Shown one piece after another: positions 14,211 through 29,093 of a stretch of 64,000 nt of DNA. The notes under the pieces were generated by a model. The model saw only the letters and a list, made by a program, of their open reading frames with translations, was not told where the DNA came from and made no database searches. Position 1 is the stretch's first letter. Every line of letters begins with the position of its first letter. The stretch is from Octopus vulgaris (lineage: Eukaryota), in contig OX597830.1 of the NCBI GenBank assembly GCA_951406725.2, positions 37,262,001-37,326,000 on the forward strand, read 5' to 3'. The position numbers were made by a program, and so were the translations under genes.

Positions 14211-16017
14211 AGTAAGGAGTAATATATATGCATGTATATATCTATATATATACTTCATCCCTGAAACAAAACTATATATACCAGCTTGTAAATATTGCGT
14301 TCAAAATCCCTTTAGTCGAATGGATGTGCAGTATATTTCTTTTGTATATACAAGCATACAACAAGAGTAAGTGAAAACTTCTCAAAGAGACATGTGAGTT
14401 AAAAGCTGAGGTTGATGAAAATATTATCGGTGCTTGGAGCCGATTTGGTCTCTTTAGTGATGAACACTCCTTGACATTCTGGGCGGCAATAAAGTTGTTG
14501 TTTCTATACAGAACCCTATAAACAAATTATTTGCTGATTTGTACAACGCTATAAGGTTTAACATTTATTCAATGAATGCATTTGAATTAGTATTATTATA
14601 AAGGTTTATATAATCTATGTATATAAAAAACCGCGGAACTGCACTGGGAGTGATATTTTGTCTCAAATAAACTTCTTAAAGAAATTTCTTGCTTAAAATT
14701 TACAGAACTCTATTACCCTTTCTTACTTTGTAGAATTCGTCGATATCTGCGACCATCAGAGTCGTTTCCTGAGGATATTCTTAATGGTTGTATGCGCGTC
14801 ACATTTACATCTAATTCGAATGATGGCAAGTGGCGTATATTAATCTGTTTGAAACTTCCTCCGAAAATGTCTGTTTATTTCGACAACGTTCGCAATGTTG
14901 TTTCGGTTGCATTTCATTTACCATGGCTCTTATTATATTTCGTGGGGTAAATCTAACACGGAATAAAAATTAAGTTAGTTATTATCTGCTAAACTGTGTA
15001 TACAACTTGTTGATACCCTGTATAATTGTGTTTGTGATTTTAATAATCAAATATTTCATTAAAATGAGGCAATTTATTGTACTTTATTTTATAAACCCAT
15101 AGATTTTATGATTACTGGTAACTAAAATTTAATTATCCTGAATTCTTAACTCATGATTATTCGTCTGTTGATGAACGCGTAATTATATTAAAGCCCACTG
15201 AATACTACACGGCAGAATTTTCTTCATTAATTGTCAGAAATGAGGATTCAATTATCTTAAACTTCCGTGAATTGAGATTGCAAAATAATGATCTTCCTGA
15301 ATTTTTAACGTTACAGATCTGAAGACAATAGACTACTGGATCTTATGATCCTGAGGAACATGCGTAATAATTTAGTAGTTACAAGCAACGCATTATCACA
15401 TCTTTAAATTGCTAGATTGAATTATGTAAGCTATTGAATAAAGCCCAAAACGTGTTTTTCTTTTATCAAAAGTTATGTTATTAAGTATAGCATAATCACG
15501 TACTCATTGTGAAAACTGAATGCTTCAATTCCATGAGAGAATATTATAATACACACCATTATGCCAAAAAATAAGAAAAATACTAAACAACACCGTCAAA
15601 TTTAAACGCTTTGAATGGACTACTTGATCAGATAAACATAGAGCGATGGGGGATTATGTAACTTCATTCATAAACAATAGGTTGATAAAGGATAAGTTTA
15701 TTACAATGAAACTATGCTACGTTTCTACTGGCATTTCACGGAAATACTTTTCTTTGATATTGCATTCTTTCTCTTTAGCATTGCTAGGGTGAGAAATTTG
15801 ACAATAACATTCGGCAAACTTTCATGGAGTAATTTTGAAATTATTCGATATAAAACTAGTAAATTGGTTCCTGTCTTTCAGAGAAATTTTATGAACTTCC
15901 TTGATACATGACTAAATGTAATATTTATAATAAAATATGCAGCTGAGCATTACACTGATCGTCCATTTGTATAATGGATAATAGGTCTTGTACCTTTAAG
16001 AGTTTTATTTGAAAATC

Positions 16018-16072
<55 letters not shown>

Positions 16073-19000
16073 CGTGTGTATAATCGCTACTTTGAAGCGC
16101 GCTTCTCTGCATCGGGCACAACACGCATACACACATATGTAACATTTCTGTGTGTGTGTGAGCGTGCGTGTATAACATTTCTAATATATACATATATATA
16201 TATATATTTATATATGCGTGTGTGCGTATGTGTATATAATATATATTCGTGTGTATGTATGTATACACACACACACACAAATAATATCTTACACTTAAAA
16301 TCCCTTTATCATGTTCAAATAACTTGTCTATGCACCTACATAATCCAAACGGAGATTAATGCGCCCGACTTGACAAATGGACGTGTTTCCAAAAGAAGTA
16401 GTGTGGCAGAAGCTACATTCTTTGGAAGCGAAGGCAGTTTCAATCAAGCAAGAATTTTTGTTGTGGTATAAAATTTTTTTAAAATCCTTTAGCGCAAGGC
16501 TAGCACTGTGATCTCGTTTACATCGTACCACCGCTCAACTGGTGCTTGTTTTATCGCACTCGAATGGAGGGGAGGCAAAGCAGTCGTCGGTGCAATTTGG
16601 AGTCAGAACGTAAAAACAGACGAAATACCGTTAAGCAACTTCGTCAGGAGACTTATAGGGAAAATTTTATTTTCATTTATGTACAATGTGTGTGTATGAA
16701 CTGTGGTTTTGCCTTGCTATAGTATCCAATCATCTGTATTCTATTGACGTCTCTTAAGAATTCATGGGTTGTACTTTTTAATTAAAATATCTTCTTTTAT
16801 TCTCAGTTTCCCAATGTTTATTGGATGTGGTATTTCCGTGGGTGTTTTTTGACAAAAGAAGTATTAGAATAACGGTATTCTTTAGCCCTTATGGAAAATT
16901 GCCTGATAGTATTTCTGATGTAGAATTCGCTTTATTTATTTTAAATTTCTGTGTGCATGGGGATTGGGAACGCGTATAATTAAACATTTTACAAAATGTC
17001 TAGGTACATATACGTGCATACATTCATAATTGAATCACGTTAATTCTTCTGCGCTTGTGTCTTAACCGACACCGAAAGCGTGTTCCGTATAATTTTGTCA
17101 TTAAATCTGCTTCTTCCTATTGTATTATAGAAATGGGTTACAAATGCGCATACAAACGTTACTTGTAATATACTTAATGATTCAGTGTGAGTCATTATCA
17201 TCAGTGAATATCTTCTGTAAGCTTGCGGTAACGCTGGTGTTTACCAGTATTCAAAACCACGCTATTATCTATGAACATTTTTGGGCTTATTCTTGTTGTT
17301 ATTGTGATATTTGTTGTAATTGTTAGAAAAATCTAAGTAGATTCATTGCAATGTTGTCCCTATCATTCCCACTTCTATTGGGATTCTCTCTAGTCATCAT
17401 ACTTGCACAAACTTACATCAGCCTATCGTATTTCGCGTTGGAGCCTCCGAAGAGTGTGCAGGATAATCACTTCCGCTACTTCTGATTCCTCGAAAGTGCC
17501 CACTGATGCATCTTTCTTTTCTCTATAGATTTTGTTGCCAAGTAACAGCTCCATCCAAGTTCCTTAATATTTCATTGTCGGACTACGTGATTACGGTACA
17601 TAATTTGACGAACTCCATTTCTTGAAGACAGGCTTGGTTTTTACATCAGCGGGAAAAATTCGACAATGTCGAACATTATAAATCTATTGTTGCTTTTATC
17701 AGTTATATGAATTCCCCAGATGAATTAAAATTAGTGCAATAAGAATTGAAGCATTCATTTTTAGCCAAATAAATAATACACGTATTTGATTAAGGTTAAT
17801 ACAATAGATATGTAGCGACACAATCATGCAATATTTCTAGGCTCATGCCTCTGGAAGGAAAATTTGTATTATACAGGAAAAGAAATGAACTCTGTCTGCA
17901 ATTAAACTAACACTTTTAAATTCCGGGAAACCTAGTATTGTATTGTTCTTTAAAAAATCACGGGTTTAAGACTTTTTGTGAATGTAATCAAAAGGATATC
18001 AATAAATTTTTTTAATGAAATTTGAAACAACACTTTGCCAAATAATACTCTTTATAGTGACTAATTTTGTACACATCTCAATAAATAAGATTGTTATAAT
18101 TCACATAGAAAGATATTGATTTTTCTCATTAAATGCAGTTACATATTGTTGTGTTGAACGACATTAGTAATAATGTAGAAATAACTATACAATGCTCAAT
18201 CAAAGAGTGGAGAATTTTATGAAGATTCTATTGAAAGCTTCTTTATGTTGACTAAATTCGATCGTATTAAAATTTCTATTTCATCATATAAACATAGATC
18301 AATGATTTAGAAGAAAAAGGCGGTATTTTCAATAAAATGTACAAAATACAATGAAATATAAAGTTTACTTTATAAGCTATACTCAGAAATTGTATAACTT
18401 CCCACGTATATTTCTATTTATAGGCATTTACAATAGTCAAATAGTACGCAGTCTTAATGAAACAATTCGTTCTGGAACAACTGAAAAGAAAGGAAATCGG
18501 TATGAATATAAATTAATGCCAGACAAAATAACAAATTGATAATGATAGACGTTGTTAAAATGCCTGAGTGAGTACAAAACAATATACCTTCAAGCTACTC
18601 GTATATATATATACGAATGTGCGTGTGCATGTGTGTGTGAGTGTGCGGTGGGTGTATATGTGTGCGCACGCACTAACATGCATACATGTATATTTATAAT
18701 TATATTTCTGTATGTATATGTTTGTGTGCGTATTAGACGATCGAAATTTTGCGCGAAAGCTCTTTGTTTACCGTTAAATTCATTTAAGTAATGCACTTAA
18801 AAACCGGAATTACTTTAGGTTTTAAAATGCATTGAAAATTATCAGGATGTATTCGTAGTATTAACTGATATACACTGATATTTTTGATGTCAAAGTAGGG
18901 ATCAGCAAAACTCCAGTATCTAAAATTATTAGACTGTAATAATTGTACAAAAGAATGTATTTATAAATGAAGAAGTTGAAAGAAAATTGAAAGGTGCGCA

Positions 19001-19689
19001 TGGAACATCAGCTAATAGTTGGGTGCATCCTTTGTTAGGATGATTGCTTGGATATGTTAGAACACAAAAGAAACAAATCTGCATTAATGCCCAGATGTAT
19101 CAGAAGCTCACTTGTCATTGTAGTTGCTCTAGTCCCATCATGATTGTTGAGATGCTAGATTGACACTATTTAATTACTCGATAATTCGCCATATGTTTAC
19201 AGTCAAATAGGTGTCCTTGACAAAACAACGCGTTGACATAATGTAATATTAGCGGGGAATTGTCTTGACAATCTGTACAAGTGTGCAGCGTTTATAAGAA
19301 TTGTCCATTATCTAAATATGCTAAGACCCACGAATTAATTACTGTCTGTGGGAACATAATACTGGATTTCAAGCTGCTAAAATGTTTCATATCCCCATTC
19401 CTATTCCTAACACAGGAAAATTAAGTTACAGATGAAATATAAAACTTGGTCTTGAAAGAATATATATATATATATATATATATATATTTCATTCGCAATT
19501 GAAGCAGTATGTAATTACAATAACCTATATAGCATGTGCACACATCATCGATGTGCCCGTTACTGCAGTATTTGTCCTGAAATAGAATCTCTTATTGACT
19601 TGCTATGTTAAAATCACGGTCATTATGAGAGGAAGATGATAATTCGACCCAGTAGCAAATCTTTATATAAACGTATTGTCTGGTAATTC

Positions 19690-20964
19690 TGAAATGGGAA
19701 GTCGGAAATTATCCAAACGTTCGCCAAAGTATTTTTAGTTTGACTGCATTGCTTTCAGTACTCCTGCGCTAGAGGTAGTATCTTTGTGGTTACACCACGG
19801 CAGTTTGACCTTGATCGCTCTAGTTCCCTTACTTGTGCTAGAGTCTAAATATGGCTGCTCCCTGGCAGTGTGCACCAAGGTAAAACAGAGATATGTGATC
19901 AGATTTCTCTGATGAGAAGGTGCGTTAGTGTTTGAAATTCAGGTTTTCAGTACAATAGAGAACAGCTCCCTACAGCATAGAAGTATGTATGTGCGAATTG
20001 AGAAGTTTTAAAATTGTCCGACAAGGGTGAAGCGCAAAGAGGGATCACGGCGCCCATCAATCTCTACCACTAACGCGAAGATTCATCATGGTCCGGAGAT
20101 GTTCCTCGCAATCCGATTAGTGGCCTTTGATGACGTGGCATATTTTCAGCAACCTAATCATGTTTCTGCAAAGGAAATCATCCAAGACAAGTTTCGCTTC
20201 CATAAAATCTATGCAAGAAATGTGCCTGGAGAGCTTGCCAAAGCGCATAAGAGTAATCATGTGGAAATCAGCCCACGCTTACTCAATCGCTAAAACCATG
20301 AAGGTGGAGATTTTCTAGGGAGATGAGACCTGGGTCACTTTGATCCAGAATCCTAATAGCAGAGTGTGGAATGGAAATACTCTGAATCAGCAGCAAAAAA
20401 CAAACAAACAAACAAATTCAAGACTCAAACTTCTGCAGAAGAGAGATGCTATATGTTGTTTGTAATGTAAAAGTGTCTAAACTTGGACATTACGCGAAAA
20501 AGGGTTCTACAGGTTCTACAGTCACTAGTGTCGGATTTTTCGCAATGTTGACCAACAAATTGAAACCAGAATTTCACACCAAACACCGAGGTCAGTTGTC
20601 AAAGCAAGTGTTATTGTTTCACAACAATGTAAGCCCACACACGCTCGCCCTTACTGCTGAAATCCTTAAAATATTAGGTCTCAAGTTGCTGGAACACACT
20701 TTATACAGTCCGGGACTCACGCCTTACGCTTATCACCTCATTGGACTCCTCAAACATGCTTTACTAGGTAATCGATTTTACTACGAAATAAGAAGCGGAT
20801 AAATCGGTAAGCTGTAATCTTCTCTGGTACAATAAGCAACCTGGAAGATATACGGCGAAACGCAACGAAAATATGTGGAAAAATGATGTAATTATTCAAA
20901 CCCCGCTTTTGATTTAAATAAATTACAGAAACAAGAGTTCCAGAAGGTTTGGAGTTTCCTTCGA
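19690..20964 (+). mobile_element. Decayed mariner transposon of a different subfamily
   Basis: MAAPLAVCTKVKQRYVIRFL at 19851, GDETWV, HNNVSPH, YSPGLTPYAYHLIGLLK; TIRs are degenerate. Confidence 0.85.
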
Positions 20965-22035
20965 TTTATTTTAATATTCTGCGAAAGACAATATTCACAT
21001 ATTTACCCTTTCACCTACATTTATTTGTTTTCAGTTATCATTCTAGAAACTTATGAGGACGTTCACTGACTGACGTGAAGCAGTGCCCCCATGATAAAGA
21101 TTTTGAATAATCACATACCTTTTCCCTAAAATTCGAATTTTCTCAAATTTACATGTATATGCAACGAGTTTTAAATTGTACAAACAATAAAGAAATATGT
21201 ATGATAAACATCGCTCTGAATGACTTGCTCTGGTTTCATGGAAAATAGAAGAGTGTGCTGTATTGTTAAAACCAACTATTTATGCATCTCTATGAAAAAT
21301 AGACATCTCATATTTTTCGCTCAACATCCAGAAAATGTCTCATCTAACAGGTCCGAGTATTTGAATATTTGAAACTTATTTTTATTAAAGATTTGTCATT
21401 CATTTAGTTTTCTGGCAATAGCAAGTCTCATTTTGGAATGTATTTGCAAACCATGACAGAACGAAAATGATTTGTCTAATTTGCATAATGGAGGCAGCAA
21501 TGGAAAACTGAATAGATAATTAGTAATTAATAGAAGCGAAAAGATATGATATTCTATTAAAAGAAACAAACAAAAAAATTAGTATAATAATTACGTCTAC
21601 ACAAGCGGAAAGAACTGATACATAACATTAAAAGTATATTAAATCTAGGAAAAATAAAAATAAGATTCATTTCGTTATAACTCATCCATTTTTATTTGTA
21701 ATTATTACAGGTTAAAATTAGTAAATATATCATTTCATTAAATATAGTTTCAAATATCTGACTTCATGTAATCGGATGATTAGACTCGGTGTTTTAGGAG
21801 TTCATCTCGTTGATAAGATATGTTCATAATATAGATTTTTCATTTTTTCATTTTTCGTAAGATTTTTCATTCTTCTCACTTCTATGTTTTTAATTAATGA
21901 CGAATAGTCAAAATCATTAAAATGGAACGATGATCGTTTCTATGTCCTGTAGAGAAGATCAATGTCTGGTCGGACGGTGAGTCTACCCTTCACATTTACT
22001 TAGCAAGTAAAATATGGGTTGTCTACAAATACTTT

Positions 22036-22338
22036 GTGGAGGCACATGGCCTAGTGGTTAGAGCAGCGGACTCGCGGTCGAGTGATCGCGGGTTCGAATC
22101 TCAGACCGGACGATGTGTGTGTTTATGAACGAAACACCTAAGCTCCAAGCGGCTCCGGCAGAAGGTAATGGCGAAACTTCTGCTGACTCTTCTACCACAA
22201 CTTTCTCTCACTCCTTCCTCCTGCAACTTGCAGCTCCCCTGCGATGGACCGGTGTTCCGTCCAGATGGGGAACCTATACGCCAAGAAACCGGGAAATGGG
22301 CCCCTATGAGTCAGGCATGCCTCGAGAAGGAACAAACA
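22036..22338 (+). mobile_element. tRNA-derived SINE family D (V-domain-like cctgcgatggaccgg...gtccag)
   Basis: A box tggcctagtggttaga, B box ggttcgaatc; 11 bp TSD acaaatacttt (22025-22035 / 22339-22349); second copy at 47062. Confidence 0.85.
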
Positions 22339-22708
22339 ACAAATACTTTATTTTTAGAAAACTTATCAGATTCCGAATGGAAGATGATGCCTTTGAGATT
22401 TGGCGCTTGATGTTTGTTGTCGGTTCATTCACTTTGAATATTCATTAAAGAGCTGCTTACTGTGTCCCGTTTTATCACCGTATTCCCTGTGCCATATGAT
22501 ATTCGGTCATAATGTAGTTGATGGTGCAAAGAGTTACTCCCACAGCTTGTTCCAGATTTCAATATTTGGAGTTCGCAAAAGTTTAGGGGCAATGTAAAAG
22601 AGAAGGACCACTTTTTATTGCCAATATTGAAGATCTTTCTTCAGGGCAGTGGTCACCCGATTACCTGATCCTACTTTATCCAATATTAATCGAAGATAGA
22701 CAGTTACT

Positions 22709-22772
22709 ACCGCAGACGAAATACTGCTAAGCATTTCGCCCGGCGTGTTAACGATTCTACCAGCTCGCCGCC
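22709..22772 (-). mobile_element. SINE family A head fragment
   Basis: gcagacgaaatactgctaagcatttcgcccggcgtgttaacgattctaccagctcgccgcc. Confidence 0.8.
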
Positions 22773-22838
22773 TTATACATGCACGCATACATACATACAC
22801 ACACACACACACATATATATTCATGTAGAAATATATTG

Positions 22839-22873
<35 letters not shown>

Positions 22874-22888
22874 CGTATATATATCTTC

Positions 22889-22923
<35 letters not shown>

Positions 22924-22924
22924 C

Positions 22925-23615
22925 ATCCACCAGCTGATTGTGGAGCAATACCTCTGGAGTTACCACACATTGTTCTGGCTCCTTTTCCTTTATAGAGAGG
23001 AAGAATAATTGCATCATTCCAGTCCTAAGGCATTGCACCATACCTCGTTTCCAGGGCCTATGGAAAATATTTAGCAAACCTGGATGTTTGTATCGCTTTG
23101 TATCTATTATTTTATGATGGGATGGAGGCTTGGGTGAATACTGGTGGTTGAATGACTAGATCCATTCCTGTAGAGAATGGTGTCAAGTATGGTGACATCC
23201 TTGCTCTAACTTACTTTTCTCTGTACTTTGCTGATTTTACTCATGCTTTTGCTAAGGTTAGCTAACTGGAAATATATGTCAGGTATCAAATCGTCTGGCT
23301 GTCTTTTTAATCTACGCCGATTTGCTGCCAATTTAAAAGTTTTCCAGTCTCTTATTCGTGACCTCCATTATGAGAGGACTCTGACTTAGTCACTCATACA
23401 GTAGATTACATGCAAATACTTATGAATCTTCAAAGTCATTTGGACTCAACATTACACTGGACAAGACTGTTGTAATGTTCCAGCCTGCACCAGGAAATCT
23501 ATATGTGGAACCAGGTATCTTTCGCTGGGCAATTCTGAAAGTTGAAGACAAGTTTGTTTACCTGCACAGCACACTCAGCCATTCTTGCTCCCTGGATGAT
23601 GAAATATCTTCCATC
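22925..23615 (+). mobile_element. RTE-clade LINE RT fragment with inverted 5' segment
   Basis: Minus 23045-22925: DWNDAIILPLYKGKGARTMCGNSRGI. Plus 23060-23615: WKIFSK, FYDGM, NGVKYGDILA, RDLHY, KFVYL. Confidence 0.78.
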
Positions 23616-23699
23616 ATCTTTACATATATATGCATACATATGTGTGTGTGTATGTATATGTTTATATATAAATACATATATGTTTTGCATGTATGTATG

Positions 23700-23838
<139 letters not shown>

Positions 23839-25091
23839 ATATATATATATATATACCTGTAATAGGTGATATATATATTATTTAAAATAGTTCTATTTGT
23901 CTCCATGCAACTTAAAATTTAGCAGGCCACTCACGTTAAGGCTCAAATGAATGAATCTGATATGAGATTCGGTAATGTGTGACATGAGCCTGAATGGGCT
24001 GTGTTCCTGTTAGAAGCTTGCGGAACTTCAAGTACCGTGGAACCGAGTCAAATCGTTTCAGATAATAAATGTGTGTGAAAATATCATGTACACTCACTGA
24101 CGGATATATAAAATGTATATAACGATATTATTGCTTTTATGCCTGCATCTCCGTCAAAGCTAATTGCGAACTAGATTGAATGTACACGCATATGTCTGTG
24201 CATGCATAAGTTTATTAAAAGTGATGTAATATTGTATTTACGCATGTTTTACTAGACGATGCAATATCGCTTGGGATATTCGTATACCGTACGTGCTGAT
24301 ATAAAAGTAGCAGAATGTAAATATAATTCTCTGCTAACAGACGAACAGTAAAAGCGTAGTTAAAGCGATAGCATCATATATCGAGTTATATGGTGCATAT
24401 GGATAGATGCCATTGCTGGCGATCTGATGTACATTTTGTCTTATTTCATAACATGCTTCAGGGAATAAGTTATACAAACGTGGTTGGTTTGAATTACGTG
24501 TTGCTTTTGTTTCTCAATTGAATATTTTTCGGTTTAAATTTTGTGTTACTCATGTGAATCAGAATTTTCTAAAAACTTATTCGAAACAGCACACCATGTA
24601 ACTACACTGTTATATGGAGACGATATACGAACGTATTGAATAACATTTCCTTTGCTGAACAATTTTAGATCAGGTCTTGGCCACAGCTTAAATGCTTAAA
24701 TGCTTAAATGCTTCTCATTGAGGATATCCTGCAACAAAACGACAACCAGATCAAGAAGTGAAAAAAAAAAATAGCATAAAATACTATGGCCTCTGGCATA
24801 GACTGCACGTGATTACCATGACAACAAATGTAGCCAAACCAATATATTTCATATCTTGACAAGTTATCTCAAGAACAAAAGCCCCAGACACCATTTCTGA
24901 AATAAACAAAATGATGGAACGACATGATTTGAATGCTTTTACCATTGACCTTTTCCATCAACAACGGGAATAGAATACGGTAAGAAAGTAAAACCGTCGC
25001 ATGTAACAACTTGTATATGCTTTTCTAAGAATATGAATAGATCTGAAATCATAAATACTCGAAATATAACACATTGTTTTGAGATGTTCTA

Positions 25092-25203
25092 GGCAGAGGA
25101 GTGGCTGTGAGGTAAGTAGCTTGCTTACCGACCACATGGTTCCGGGTTCAGATCCACTGCATGTCACCATGGGCAAAATGTTTTCTACTATAGCCTCGGT
25201 CCG
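25092..25203 (+). mobile_element. Bipartite SINE head half, truncated
   Basis: ggcagaggagtggctgtgaggtaagtagcttgcttacc...actatagcctcgg. Confidence 0.8.
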
Positions 25204-25220
25204 TATATGTATATATATAT

Positions 25221-25450
25221 ATTTCTTTATTGCCCACAAGGGGCTAAACATAGAGGGGACAAACAAGGACAGACAAAGGGATTAAGTCGTTTACATCGAC
25301 TCCAGTGCGTAACTGGTACTTAATTTATCGACCCCGTTAGGATGAAAGGCAAAGTCGACCTCAGCGGAATTTGAACTCACAACGTAACGACAGACGAAAT
25401 ACGGCTACGCATTTCGCCCAACGTGCTAACGTTTCTGCCAGCTCGCCGCC
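25221..25450 (-). mobile_element. SINE family A, full length
   Basis: Collinear with 13140-13368. Confidence 0.88.
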
Positions 25451-25534
25451 TTATGTATATATATATATATATACATATGCACACACACGTACACACTCAC
25501 TCAATTAAAAAGGAAAATTGAAAATACATATATA

Positions 25535-25608
<74 letters not shown>

Positions 25609-25789
25609 AAAATTAATGCAGGTTAAAACATATGAGAAAAACAATTTATTTATGTAATAATCATTTTCTTAGTGTCTACTTACGTTTCAATTTCTTACCT
25701 TCATTAAGATTTTGCAATTAAGATTGCATTATGCATTTAAATGCATTTCTTATCTTTCTAATGTATAATGCAATCTTAATTGTAAAATA

Positions 25790-27170
25790 AGAACGAGAAA
25801 TGATCCCGTCAATGGCCCGATACTAATGCACAAAGCGATACCAATGCTCAAGCTGCTGGTTAAGATTTTAAGGCATCCGAAGGCTGGCTTTACCGTTGGC
25901 AAAAAAGACATGGAATCTCTTTTACGGTTATCTTTAGAGAACACAAACTAAATATTTCTTACTTTGCAGGTGATGCAGCTGAAGCTGACCTCAGCGTAGC
26001 CCATTAATTTTATGAGACAACCATGCAGCCTCTGTTGAAATCCTATCAGCCACATGACATCTGCAACGCCGATGAAACTGTGATCAACTTTCGTGCACTA
26101 CCAGGAAATACATATGTGAGGGGCTTTAAGACGGCAAAGGACCGTGTGACCTTGATGGTGGCCTGCAACATGAATGGAGACAATAAAAACTTGTTCTTAA
26201 TGGTTCGCCAAGATGCCTAAAAAATGTCAAAATGCTTCCGATTCAGTACGACTTTTCAACCAATGCTTGCATGACAGAAACAATCTATGGAAGATGGCTC
26301 AGATCTCGGGATCGTCGTGTGCAGGAATCTGGAAGACAAGTAATGGTCTTACTTGTCAATGACTCTTCTCATGTAGTCATTGATGATCTCAAGATTATAT
26401 CACTTTAAAATTTCTTCCTCCCAACACAACGTCAGTGCTGCAGCCCTGTGAAATGCGGATAATCAAGACCTTGAAAGCCTACTTCAGACATGAATTGCGT
26501 GAGATCATTGATGTTATGGAAGACATTGAACGTGACATTTTTGCCCGAGAAGCTGCAAAGCGCATCATCATTTTGGATGCCATGCACATGTTAAACGTAG
26601 CTTGGAAGAAGGTCTCTAACCAGATATCAAGCATTGTTGGACTAAAGCTGGCTTTGTTTCTGCTGAAGAATGATATGAAGCCATAGATGTTAACGATGGT
26701 TTGATCCTACCTTCACCGCTACTGGATTGACCAAAAAACAATTTGAGAACTGGTTGTCCGTAGATGATGGGACTGTTGTTGCTCCAGATATCATCACTAA
26801 AGAAAAGAAGCTAGACGAAACCATTCATGACATTCGGCAATCTGAGAAGGAAATCAAAGAAGATGATGGCGATTCCTACGTTGCTGTTGATGAGAGAGTT
26901 CCAGAGCCTCCAACACCAGCTGAAATGAAACATTATCTAACTCGATTAGAAAGCAGCCTTGAAAGTTGATTTCAGTGACATGAATCTTTTTAGAAGACTT
27001 AAGGAAAAATCAACGTGGAGTTGCGAACAAAGCGTCCAGCAAAGTATACAACACTCGACGAATTGTTCATTCAATGACGTTGTTTAAAATGTTTTTATTC
27101 GTGTCTTCGCATATGAATGTATTTTAATAAATACAATTGTTTAATCAGTCTGCGAATTTTGTTCCCTCTG
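25790..27170 (+). mobile_element. Decayed Tigger/pogo (CENP-B HTH plus DDE_1) transposon
   Basis: PVNGPILMHKA, ICNADET, KDRVTLMVACNMNG, FLPPNTTSVLQPC..IIKTLKAYFR; frameshifted. Confidence 0.88.
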
Positions 27171-27174
27171 TTAA

Positions 27175-28405
27175 TAGAAGTTTGTCAAGTAAGTTCTTGC
27201 GGTTTTTAACCTTTAAATTCAGATGCACATATCTCGACCCAAACAAAACTTTATTAACCGGAATAAACACCATCAGAATTAACACACTTTTTCCAACGCG
27301 AAACAACTTTATTTATGCCAGTAGCGTAAAAACCTGCTTTCTGGTGGCGATGAAGTTGTTGAAGGCGTGTTTGGCATCGTCTTGGTTTTTGAAGCATTTC
27401 TCACGCAGGAAATTGTCGAGATGCTTGAAAAAGTGGTGGTCAGTAGGCGAAAGGTCTGGTGAGTATGGCGGATGAGGCAGAGTTTCGTAGCCCACTTCGT
27501 TCAACTTCTGCAGGGTCAGTTGTGCGACGTGCGGCCGAGCGTTGTCGTGGAGAAGAATTGGTCCTTTCTATTGACCAATGCTGGCTGTTGTTGTCGGAGT
27601 TTCTTATGCATTTCATCCATTTGCTGACAGTACTTCCCCGCGGTAATGGTTTCTCCTGAATCCAAACAGCTGTGACGGCTGAGACCAGTCGTGGACCGCC
27701 AAACAGTCACCATGGCAATCTTTTGGTGCAACATTGGCTTCGAAAAGTGCCGTAGTGCTTCGTCGTCATCCAACCACTGAGTTGAGCGTCGCCGGTTGTT
27801 GTAAAGAATCCGCTTTTCATCGCAAGTCACAATCCGGTCGCGAAACGGGCCGTTCTTGTTGCGTAAAAGAAGAGAAGACGACACTTCAAAACGGCGTTTT
27901 TTTGTCTTGTCGTTCAATTCGTGCGGCACCCATTTTTCAAGTATTTTTGTTTATCTATACGTCTAATTCAAAAGCAAGCTCTCGAACTGCTGTGCGTGGA
28001 TTGGCTTCCACTAAGCTCTGACTTGATCGTTGTCAACATCCGATGGCCGACCACTACGCTTATCATCATCACGACTCTCGTCACCGCTACTAAATATCTT
28101 GAAACACCATTGTGCTGTACGTTCATTAGTGGTTCCTGGGGCAAACGCATCGTTGATATCGCGAGCTCTTTCAGCAGCTTTTCGGTCTAGCTTGAACGGG
28201 AATAAGAAAATTGTGCGAATTTCCTTTTTGTCCAATTTATATTCAACGTTCCGGAGAAAATGGCCTAGATAGATAGGATTAGATAGGGCGAAAAACGGGC
28301 TTTAAAATGATATATAAGGTCAAAGTAATTTAACGAAGATTAATTTGAAAAGACATAATTTAAAGCCAAAATAAAAAATTCCGCAAGAACTTTATTCATA
28401 ATCTA
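27175..28405 (-). mobile_element. Defective mariner transposon
   Basis: MDKKEIRTIFLF (28235), WVPHEL, IVTCDEK, HPPYSPDLSPTDHHFF; TIR core aagttcttgcgg / ccgcaagaactt. Confidence 0.92.
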
Positions 28406-28632
28406 ATAAATCCCTCGTTTAATAAATCCAAAATACGCGGATTTAAAATTATGTTCCTCTACATCGAATAGATGAAAGCATCTGAAAGAACAACTGGAAT
28501 TTAATAAGTCTTTTAGCACTTACACTAAAACAAAATAATGAATTCCGAATATATTAATTAATACGGAGCTAAACCGGTGTATGATTGGATAAAATACACC
28601 CTTGTGAAAGAGCAACCTCTTTCCATTCGAAA

Positions 28633-28784
<152 letters not shown>

Positions 28785-29044
28785 TACATATATGTAAATA
28801 TATACATATATGTATATATACATGTATACATATATATGTATGTTTATTTATTTATTTATTTTGATTTTAAATATATATATATATATATATTGCATGAATA
28901 TATGCATGTATAGGTATGCATATCTAAATAATACACACGCACACACATGTGTATGTGTATCTGTGTGTTTGATTTATGTGTGTATGCGATGGCAATTTAT
29001 ATATATAACGTAATCATATCTACTTATCTGTCTAGGACTCTCTC

Positions 29045-29093
<49 letters not shown>

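Noticed and set aside
17280-17690. Possible minus-strand RTE endonuclease remnant (YNVR-like)
   Set aside because: Too decayed to support by eye.
22036-22110. tRNA gene
   Set aside because: The A/B boxes run into a SINE body with TSDs and a second copy exists; no complete cloverleaf.
22350-22640. Possible LINE C-terminal CCHC region (KEKDHFLL)
   Set aside because: Only one weak motif.
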